A stretch of DNA of 64,000 bases. Origin: an uncultured Candidatus Saccharibacteria bacterium. Lineage in GTDB: Bacteria > Patescibacteriota > Minisyncoccia > Phycocordibacterales > UBA9973. The notes beneath the pieces were generated by a model, which saw nothing but the letters and a program-made list of their open reading frames with translations, was not told the DNA's origin and did not search any database. The first letter of the stretch is position 1. The number at the start of each line of letters is the position of its first letter. A program made the position numbers and the translations under genes. The stretch covers positions 32,069 through 96,068 of the forward strand of contig CAZWJU010000002.1 of NCBI GenBank assembly GCA_964634365.1, given 5' to 3'. This document shows positions 56,747 through 64,000 of the stretch, piece by piece.

Positions 56747-57592
56747 TTAACCTTTTCTATTTTTTCCTGTCTTACGACGAGATACGATGAGATGGTTTGA
56801 GTATTTTTTAGGTGTACGAGTCTTTCGTCCTCCTGTAACTTTACCCCACATAGTTTTTGGTCGGCGAGTTCCGCGTCCTTGGCGTCCTTCTCCTCCTCCG
56901 TATGGGTGATCAACTGGGTTCATCACAGATCCACGGACTGTTGGGCGAATACCCTTCCAGCGACTGCGTCCTGCTTTACCTATAGATTCTAGAGCGTGTT
57001 CACCATTTGAAACTTCCCCTATACAAGCGAAACATTCTTCTGAAACTTTACGAATTTCAGTTGAAGGCATCTTTAGGTGTGTTTGACCATCTGAGTTTGC
57101 AACTACTTGAGTAAACACTCCTGCGCCACGAGAAATTTTAGCACCACCTTTTGGTTTTAGTTCTATGTTGTAGACAAAAGTACCTACAGGTATTTTTCTC
57201 AAAGGCAGTCTGTTTCCGGTAGTTAAAGGAGCACTTTCAGATACAATAAAAGTATCTCCTACTTTCATGCTCTTTGGAGCAATAACATATCTTTTTTCTC
57301 CGTCTTTGTATACAGCAAGAGCGATAAAAGCTGTTCTGTTTGGATCGTACTCGATTGAAGCAATCTTAGCAGGAATATCAAATTTATTGTAAAGAAAATC
57401 TACATCTCTAAATAAACGTTTGTGACCTCCTCCTTTGTGGCGAGTTGTAATACGTCCTTGATTGTTTCTTCCAACAGAACGCTTGCGACCATATACGAGA
57501 GATTTTTCAGGCTTTGCGCCAGAAAGCAACTCACGATATGGAACCGTTGTCATGTGTCTGCGTGATGGAGTTGTTGGTTTATATGATTTCAT
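56747..57592 (-). CDS. rplB: 50S ribosomal protein L2
   Basis: GRNNQGRIT, IEYDPNR, MNPVDHPYGGGEG. Confidence 0.98.
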   Translation of the reverse strand: MKSYKPTTPSRRHMTTVPYRELLSGAKPEKSLVYGRKRSVGRNNQGRITTRHKGGGHKRLFRDVDFLYNKFDIPAKIASIEYDPNRTAFIALAVYKDGEKRYVIAPKSMKVGDTFIVSESAPLTTGNRLPLRKIPVGTFVYNIELKPKGGAKISRGAGVFTQVVANSDGQTHLKMPSTEIRKVSEECFACIGEVSNGEHALESIGKAGRSRWKGIRPTVRGSVMNPVDHPYGGGEGRQGRGTRRPKTMWGKVTGGRKTRTPKKYSNHLIVSRRKTGKNRKG

Positions 57593-57614
57593 ATTTAATA
57601 ATACTATTCCCTAT

Positions 57615-57914
57615 TTATATTAATTCTATACTATCGCCTTTTTTAAGATAAACATAAGCTTTCTTACCTCCACTTGTGGTTCCCTTCTTGCCTCGTACAG
57701 TAATTTTATTTTTTCTAATTGTAACTATACCCACTTTTATAGGAGTAACTTTATATTTAGCTACGATGTTCTTTATTATTTCAGGTTTAGTTGCATCAGG
57801 AGAAACATCGAAAGTGTATACATTTTTTGTAGATATAAATGCAGCCTTTTCACTTATGCGAGGTCGCTTTATGATACCCTCTTTTCCTTTTTTTGTTTTA
57901 TTTGTTGTAGCCAT
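57615..57914 (-). CDS. rplW: 50S ribosomal protein L23
   Basis: PRISEKA, YTFDV, KKAYVYLK. Confidence 0.94.
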   Translation of the reverse strand: MATTNKTKKGKEGIIKRPRISEKAAFISTKNVYTFDVSPDATKPEIIKNIVAKYKVTPIKVGIVTIRKNKITVRGKKGTTSGGKKAYVYLKKGDSIELI

Positions 57915-58673
57915 AAAATTATTTTGAATTTACACGTTTTGTAAGCGCAGAAAGAGAAACTTCTGGATCAACGATAATAATGTATTTGTAGTTCAAAATT
58001 TGTGCTGGGTTTATATCCAAAACAGATTCTAGTCTAACTGCAGGAATATTTCCAAAAGGTCGTAGTGAGACTTCATCAACTTGTGGGAATATAAGTGCTG
58101 TATTTTTTCTTTTGTTTACTCCAATCTTTTCAAAACCACTGATAGATTTTAGAGCATTAATTACAGAAGCACCTTCTTTTGTCTTAGAACCAATTTTTAG
58201 ATTAGAAACAAACAACACTTGGCCACTTTTCCACTTTTCAGATAGAACAGTTGCTAGAGCTTTATTTCTCATCTTCTTATTGATCTTTCTCTTGTAGTTT
58301 TTGTCTGTAATTGGACCATGAGTAGTACCTCCACCAACCCATATTGGTGAACGACTTGAACCGTGACGAGATCGTCCTGTTCCTTTTTGCTTCCAAGGTT
58401 TGATACCTCCACCACGTACTTCACCACGATCTTTTGTGTCTGCAGTACCAGCACGCTTGTTTCCCAAGATACTTGTAACTACCTGATGAACCATGTCACC
58501 ATTCCATTTTACGCCAAAAACATTTTCTGGAAGCTTAATTGTCTCTCCAGCAACACCTTTTTGGTCATAGACAACTGCATCTAAAGAAACAGTTTTAGTC
58601 TTTGGGCCTGTTTCAGAAACTTTCTTTACAGATTTTTTTGTTTTATTTGTTGTAGCCATAAAATTATTTTGAA
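57888..58673. repeat. 41-bp perfect direct repeat (57888-57928 and 58633-58673) flanking rplD
   Basis: TTTTTTTGTTTTATTTGTTGTAGCCATAAAATTATTTTGAA occurs twice. Confidence 0.9.
57919..58659 (-). CDS. rplD: 50S ribosomal protein L4
   Basis: TKDRGEVRGGG.KPWKQKGTGRSRHGS. Confidence 0.97.
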   Translation of the reverse strand: MATTNKTKKSVKKVSETGPKTKTVSLDAVVYDQKGVAGETIKLPENVFGVKWNGDMVHQVVTSILGNKRAGTADTKDRGEVRGGGIKPWKQKGTGRSRHGSSRSPIWVGGGTTHGPITDKNYKRKINKKMRNKALATVLSEKWKSGQVLFVSNLKIGSKTKEGASVINALKSISGFEKIGVNKRKNTALIFPQVDEVSLRPFGNIPAVRLESVLDINPAQILNYKYIIIVDPEVSLSALTKRVNSK

Positions 58674-59278
58674 GTTACCTCAACAAGCGTACCACGACGA
58701 CCAGGTATGGCACCTTTTATAAATAAAGTATTTGTTTCAGGATCAATAGCAACAACAGTAAGATTCTCTACAGTGATAAAATCACTTCCCATTCTTCCCG
58801 CCATGCGCATTCCTTTAATAACACGTCCTCCAGCACGTCCTCCTCCTCCAATAGAACCTGGAGCGCGTTCTGAGTGCTTGCGTCCATGAGATCTCTTATC
58901 TCCATGGAAACCGTGACGCTTAACTACACCTTGAAAACCTTTACCTTTTGTAATACCACTAACACTTACGTTATCGCCTACTGCGAATTGATCTAAGTTT
59001 AGAGTGTCGCCACGTTTTAATGTTGGATTCTCCATTCTCCATTCACGCAAGAATCTAAAAGATCCTAAATCTTTTGTATGTCCAATTTCTGCTTTTGTTT
59101 TGCGTTCTGGCTTTTGAGTGCCGTAACCAACTTGAACAGCAGAATATCCGTCTTTGTCCTTTTCTTTAACCTGTGTAACAACAATTGGGCCTGTAGAAAC
59201 TAGAGTCACAGGAACAACCTTACCGTCTTCGGTAAAATAGTTTGCCATATGTTGTTTTGTTCCGAGAATAAATTTCAT
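58664..59278 (-). CDS. rplC: 50S ribosomal protein L3
   Basis: DGYSAVQ, KGKGFQGVVKR, MAGRMG. Confidence 0.97.
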   Translation of the reverse strand: MKFILGTKQHMANYFTEDGKVVPVTLVSTGPIVVTQVKEKDKDGYSAVQVGYGTQKPERKTKAEIGHTKDLGSFRFLREWRMENPTLKRGDTLNLDQFAVGDNVSVSGITKGKGFQGVVKRHGFHGDKRSHGRKHSERAPGSIGGGGRAGGRVIKGMRMAGRMGSDFITVENLTVVAIDPETNTLFIKGAIPGRRGTLVEVTSK

Positions 59279-59371
59279 ATTAGTAATTTAAGTGATAAGG
59301 CAAAGAAAACAGTGAGAGTAAATTTCTTTACTCACTCTGCTTTACTTTGCGCCATTTATTATGCGCGCCTA

Positions 59372-59746
59372 TTAGAGCATCTTTACATCAATATCAACAC
59401 CAGAAGGAAGACTTAGATTCGTTAGCGCTTCGATAGTCTTTTGATTTGGATTCAATATATCGATAACACGCTTGTGAACACGCATTTCAAATTGTTCACG
59501 AGAATTTTTATATACGAATGAAGCACGGTTAACAGTATATTTCTTGATCTCTGTTGGAAGAGGTATTGGACCTACTACCGTAGCATCATAGCGCAACGCT
59601 GTGTCTATGATTTGCTTTACAGAAGCATCGAGAATCTTGTTCTCATACGCACGTACGCGTATGCGAAGCTTGATACTAGCATCGTCCTTCACTGCTTTTG
59701 TTGTCTTCTTGCGAGTTGCTTTTGGTTTTGTTGTTTTTGTTGTCAT
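59372..59746 (-). CDS. rpsJ: 30S ribosomal protein S10
   Basis: GPIPLPT, SREQFEMRVHKR, LPSGVDI. Confidence 0.97.
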   Translation of the reverse strand: MTTKTTKPKATRKKTTKAVKDDASIKLRIRVRAYENKILDASVKQIIDTALRYDATVVGPIPLPTEIKKYTVNRASFVYKNSREQFEMRVHKRVIDILNPNQKTIEALTNLSLPSGVDIDVKML

Positions 59747-59787
59747 GAATGAACTTCTTTAAGTGCTTTCGCACAATAATCTTTCTG

Positions 59788-60984
59788 TTATGCAGTAATT
59801 TTAGTTACAACACCAGCTCCAACTGTCTTACCTCCTTCACGGATAGCAAAGCGCTGTTGTTCTTCTAGTGCAACTGGAGTAATAAGCTTAACTTTGAAAG
59901 TTATAGTATCTCCAGGCATAACCATTTCTACTCCATCTGGAAGTGTAACTTCTCCAGTAACGTCAGTTGTACGGATGTAGAATTGTGGCTTGTAACCCTT
60001 GAAAAATGGTGTGTGGCGACCTCCTTCTTCTTTCTTCAAGATGTAAACTTCACACTCAAATTGATCATGTGGAGTAACAGATCCAGTTTTTGCTAGAACT
60101 TGTCCACGAGTAATATCTTCTTTCTTTGTACCGCGAAGTAGAATACCAGCGTTGTCTCCAGCTTGTCCTTCGTTTAGGTTTTTGTTGAACATTTCAATAC
60201 CAGTAACAGTTGTTTTAGCTGTAGGTCTGATACCAACGATTTCAATTTCTTCTCCAACCTTTACGATTCCACGTTCGATTTTACCTGTAGCAACAGTTCC
60301 ACGTCCTTCGATAGAGAAGATGTCTTCAACTGCCATAAGGAAAGGCTTAGCTACGTCACGTTCTGGAACTGGGATGTATGTATCTAGAGCTTCTGTAAGT
60401 TCAAGAACTTTCTTTGCCCATTCATCTTCCATTGAAGTTGCTTCTAGAGCTTTTAGTCCTGATCCACGGATCACAGGAGCATTTGCACCATCAAAGCCTT
60501 GTTTTGTAAGGATTTCACGGATCTCTTCTTCAACTAGGTCGATAAGATCTTTGTCATCAACCATGTCGCACTTGTTTAGGAAAACAATGATCTTTGGAAC
60601 ACCAACTTGTTTTGCAAGAAGAACGTGTTCGCGAGTTTGTGGCATAGCACCATCAGTAGCTGCAACCACTAGGATTGCACCGTCCATCTGAGCTGCACCA
60701 GTAATCATGTTTTTGATGTAGTCAGCGTGACCTGGAGCATCAATGTGTGCATAGTGACGAGTAGGAGTTTCATACTCGTTGTGTGAAAGGTTAATAGTAA
60801 TACCACGAGCCTTTTCTTCAGGCGCAGAGTCAATAGCGTTAACGTCTTTTAGCTTAACTTTGTTACCCGCCATGTCCAAAACATGCAGTATTGCTGCAGT
60901 TAATGTTGTCTTTCCATGGTCTACGTGACCAATTGTTCCCACGTTTACGTGAGGCTTACTTCGATCGAATGCTTCTGTTGCCAT
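59788..60984 (-). CDS. tuf: Elongation factor Tu
   Basis: [36 protein letters not shown]. Confidence 0.99.
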   Translation of the reverse strand: MATEAFDRSKPHVNVGTIGHVDHGKTTLTAAILHVLDMAGNKVKLKDVNAIDSAPEEKARGITINLSHNEYETPTRHYAHIDAPGHADYIKNMITGAAQMDGAILVVAATDGAMPQTREHVLLAKQVGVPKIIVFLNKCDMVDDKDLIDLVEEEIREILTKQGFDGANAPVIRGSGLKALEATSMEDEWAKKVLELTEALDTYIPVPERDVAKPFLMAVEDIFSIEGRGTVATGKIERGIVKVGEEIEIVGIRPTAKTTVTGIEMFNKNLNEGQAGDNAGILLRGTKKEDITRGQVLAKTGSVTPHDQFECEVYILKKEEGGRHTPFFKGYKPQFYIRTTDVTGEVTLPDGVEMVMPGDTITFKVKLITPVALEEQQRFAIREGGKTVGAGVVTKITA

Positions 60985-61085
60985 ATTTTTGAGATCACAG
61001 AGGAATAGACGAGCTATTCATGTGTAAAATTATGTAAATTAATAATACTGTTCAAATAAAAACAGCGCAAAATTGCGATGCCCTC

Positions 61086-61113
61086 ATATTAGCAAATACT
61101 AAAATATTGTCAA
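61086..61113 (-). promoter_or_regulatory. tuf promoter
   Basis: TTGACA-N16-TAATAT with TG extension. Confidence 0.65.
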
Positions 61114-61186
61114 ATTAAAGCCTAAAAAATCAACTTTCTTGTAAAAAAACTATATAGTGGTAAAGTGGGTAAAAATCGTACAAATT

Positions 61187-61948
61187 ATGGAAAAAATCAA
61201 TCAATTTGAGCTTTTTGAAAAACACCAGAATGACCCATTGAGAATTCTATACGAACTTGGAGGGTTCTATGAGTGTCCAAAAGACAAAGAAGGAAAAAGG
61301 CTCGGCCCACTTGTTGGTTACGCAGGAAAATATACCGGAGAAGACGGCTCGGCAAGACAATATGTTGGTGATATATATGCAAATTTCTCTGTCCTTGAGC
61401 AATATCCGATATTGCTATACCGCCTAGCTAACATTATGACCATAAAAAACGACCCTATATTTTCAAAAACTGATCTTATCTGTGGTCCGCAAATGGGTGG
61501 TATTGCAATAGCACAAATGCTTGCGTATATAACAGGCAGTCGTTTTGCCTATATAGAGAAAAAAGTAACTCAACTCGCGACAGATAACATGCGCGAACAA
61601 GCAACTTTGAATTTCATCCGACATTCTATTTTCCCAGGGGAAAAAGTAATCATTGTGGAAGATGTTCTCAATAACTTCTCTACAACAAAAGAAACTATTG
61701 AAATGATAGAAGCAAGAGGCGGAGAAGTAGTCGCTATTGGTGGATTACTTAACCGCTCAGTCACGATAGATAATGAATATGATTTTAATAAAAGAAATAT
61801 TCCAGTATTTTCACTCGTGAAAAAACCTTTTGCAGAATACAAACAAGATGATCCTTTTGTGGCTTCAGATATCCAGACAGGCAATATTGTTCTCAAGCCA
61901 AAAAATGAATGGTCGAAACTTGCCTATGCAATGATTCAAAACAAATAA
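61187..61948 (+). CDS. Type I phosphoribosyltransferase (PyrE-like)
   Basis: GPQMGG, VIIVEDVLNNFSTT PRPP loop. Confidence 0.8.
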   Translation: MEKINQFELFEKHQNDPLRILYELGGFYECPKDKEGKRLGPLVGYAGKYTGEDGSARQYVGDIYANFSVLEQYPILLYRLANIMTIKNDPIFSKTDLICGPQMGGIAIAQMLAYITGSRFAYIEKKVTQLATDNMREQATLNFIRHSIFPGEKVIIVEDVLNNFSTTKETIEMIEARGGEVVAIGGLLNRSVTIDNEYDFNKRNIPVFSLVKKPFAEYKQDDPFVASDIQTGNIVLKPKNEWSKLAYAMIQNK

Positions 61949-61981
61949 AAATTAAAACCGCCTACTTCTGAGGCGGTTTTT

Positions 61982-62707
61982 TTATTTTTCGATCATATCA
62001 AACATGTCTTTGGCTAAACTTTCAGGCTTTTGAGCGTCTTTATCCCAATCCACCTTTATTTTAGGCCTTCTGGTCTCGGTTTCATCGTTAAAATCAGCTC
62101 TCATTTTGGGAGTATCGATGATTTTCGGCTCAATAAGCAAGTATTCAAACTTTTCATCCTTATCCAAACCTCTTGAAACAGTCTGCTTTGAGAAATTCCT
62201 TTTTGAGAAGACATACCCCCACTCTGGCCAGGTAAGCAGATCTTTAAGCGGAAAAGAGGCAGCATGAGACGAAACATTCAAAATCTTCACCTTGTTTTCA
62301 GATTTGTAGCATTTTTTCATTGCATCTACGAAACGCATAGGAGCGAGAAAGTTTTGCTCCTCCAGGTCCTCGATAGCGTTCAATCTTTGCTCGTCTGTGG
62401 TCTCACCTGGATATTTGTAATCCCAGGCGAACTTGCCAGTCGAATTGATGACACAATCTACTTCATGCATCCGAGTAAATATTGTATTTAAAGCTTCTTC
62501 GATATTTATACTAGAACCAAGGTCTAGAGAAATAACATCAACACTATCTCCATGTTGATCTTTCAGGGCCTGAAGCTTTTCTTCATTTCTACCAAAAGCC
62601 ACTACTTTATAACCTCGACTCACCCCTTCGGCCACGACAAACTGACCTATCTCTCCTGTAGCCCCAGTGATAAAACATATTTTTTTATTTTCCATATTTG
62701 TGTTCAT
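61982..62707 (-). CDS. Short-chain dehydrogenase/reductase
   Basis: ITGATGEIG, INSTG, NVSS, YVFSK. Confidence 0.85.
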   Translation of the reverse strand: MNTNMENKKICFITGATGEIGQFVVAEGVSRGYKVVAFGRNEEKLQALKDQHGDSVDVISLDLGSSINIEEALNTIFTRMHEVDCVINSTGKFAWDYKYPGETTDEQRLNAIEDLEEQNFLAPMRFVDAMKKCYKSENKVKILNVSSHAASFPLKDLLTWPEWGYVFSKRNFSKQTVSRGLDKDEKFEYLLIEPKIIDTPKMRADFNDETETRRPKIKVDWDKDAQKPESLAKDMFDMIEK

Positions 62708-62791
62708 TTTTCCTAGTGTACCTTTTTATTTGTGAATATCAAATGAACAGAATGATTCCAAAAATAAAAACCCTCGCGCGGGGTTTTAAAA

Positions 62792-63229
62792 TCATCTGTT
62801 CAATTTTTGGTTCATATCCAAGTCATCACGAATCTCTTTTAAAATACTTAAGAGATTTCTCTTGTCTACTTCGTGAACCTCCGACCCCTTGAGGTCGATA
62901 TACTGCTTTACGAGATCAATCGCAAATTCTTTGTTGCGACTCTTGAAAACACCATCGAGAACACTGGTGAGTTGTATAACCCCCAAGTATTCAACATTTC
63001 TATCGATGCTTGCTGTGATACTTTTACTGGCTATTTCTTGCTTCCTCTCTGGTTTTGATTTTGAACTAGCCATCAAATCAAAAGCATAGTTCAACCTTTT
63101 GAGGTTCTCGCGACCGAGCATATACTGCTTGCCATTTACCAGTCTAATCAGTGCATTTATTGTATCTTTAGCTTTTTTATATCTATGAAAAGCTGCTGGT
63201 TTCTTGAATACTTCTATTTTTCTTTGCAT
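62792..63229 (-). CDS. Helical orphan protein
   Basis: 145-aa ORF followed by a hairpin at ~62766-62790. Confidence 0.55.
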   Translation of the reverse strand: MQRKIEVFKKPAAFHRYKKAKDTINALIRLVNGKQYMLGRENLKRLNYAFDLMASSKSKPERKQEIASKSITASIDRNVEYLGVIQLTSVLDGVFKSRNKEFAIDLVKQYIDLKGSEVHEVDKRNLLSILKEIRDDLDMNQKLNR

Positions 63230-63319
63230 GTTACATTTATTTAAAATCAAAATACCACATAATACAAATATTGACAAGAGCGGGGTTTTAAACTAAAGTA
63301 TTTAAAAAGTTCACAAATT

Positions 63320-63895
63320 ATGGAAAGAAAAAATCTTTTTATGGTGCTGCTCGGATGCAAACCCGAAGGCAGAAATACAGAACAGCATGACATCTTTTTT
63401 GGTGTCGGAGAAAAATTATCTGATTTAAAACAACAGATGATTGATTTCTGGCCTGAAGCACAAACTACTGAAAAAAATACTCTGCATGTAGATGTATGGA
63501 AAGAAGTAAAATGTGTAAATGGATACAAAGTTGTCGCCTTCCCCTTAAGAGCTGGTGAAAAAATAAAGACAGCGAAAAATTTATACTTCATAAATTTTGG
63601 AGCCTATACTCCAAACGAATTCGAAGAAGACCATAAAAAAATATTGGTTGTTGCTGAGTCGATTGAGGTAGCAAAGGTAGAGGCACTGAAACACCCATTT
63701 TACAAAAATGGTCAAAAAGCACCTGCTGGAGCAAGATCACACGTAGACGACAAATTTGATATCGATGACGTGTTAAAAATCGAAATTCCTGGTTACAGAA
63801 TTGCTTTGGAAAAAATTTCAAAAATCCAAGCCGCTCATATGGAAATGGAAACACCTATAAATTCTGGGTATCTGCCATTGAAGCTCATAAAATAA
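63320..63895 (+). CDS. DUF1543-like protein
   Basis: LFMVLLG...TEQHDIFF, LHVD.W, LYFINFGAY...EEDH, HVDDK: two tandem domains. Confidence 0.78.
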   Translation: MERKNLFMVLLGCKPEGRNTEQHDIFFGVGEKLSDLKQQMIDFWPEAQTTEKNTLHVDVWKEVKCVNGYKVVAFPLRAGEKIKTAKNLYFINFGAYTPNEFEEDHKKILVVAESIEVAKVEALKHPFYKNGQKAPAGARSHVDDKFDIDDVLKIEIPGYRIALEKISKIQAAHMEMETPINSGYLPLKLIK

Positions 63896-64000
63896 AGAAA
63901 CCCGTCCAACTGGACGGGTTTTTAATTTTATTTTTTTTGTGGCTTAAGCCACTCTTTTTTAATCTTTCCCACAAGCCAAGGAGCGTTTTTGGGTTGATCT

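Noticed and set aside
60152-60691. 179-aa ORF antisense to tuf, and similar antisense ORFs in ftsH, pilB and ligA
   Set aside because: Typical stop-poor antisense frames of conserved, codon-biased genes

Overview
AT-rich chromosomal segment of a Patescibacteria (CPR; Parcubacteria/Paceibacteria-like) bacterium. The assignment is inferred from the S10-spc block lacking rpmD (L30), a tRNA-Ile(UAU), the near-absence of Shine-Dalgarno sites, a type IV pilus/competence locus and a stand-alone VirB4/TraG-like ATPase. In order, the window holds: the 3' part of a large serine recombinase whose frame ends antisense inside tRNA-Asp; tRNA-Met and tRNA-fMet; a serpin-like gene; gatAC; ligA; a pilin/pilD/pilBCTMNO/comF locus interrupted by a Bacteroidota-like M23-peptidase/repeat/T9SS-CTD gene and a LysM gene; tandem tRNA-Ser(GCT) and tRNA-Ser(ACT); a small att-bounded island (TAG-interrupted DUF3644/HEPN-like gene plus a ~310-nt structured non-coding region); a kinase/regulator pair; recG; a PhhA-like hydroxylase; ftsH; smpB-ssrA; truB; infC-rpmI-rplT; a beta-CASP nuclease; an apparently stand-alone ~185-nt ncRNA; ndk; map-adk-secY; and the tuf/S10/spc genes, split by orphan insertions. 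The most unexplained signals are a family of elements behind tRNA/tmRNA 3' ends that carry antisense copies of their own host RNA plus a CTGC-loop hairpin, two candidate ncRNAs, the A34 serine tRNA, many apparently leaderless genes, and a 41-bp perfect direct repeat flanking rplD. All calls come from motif recognition and manual base-pairing; no searches were run.
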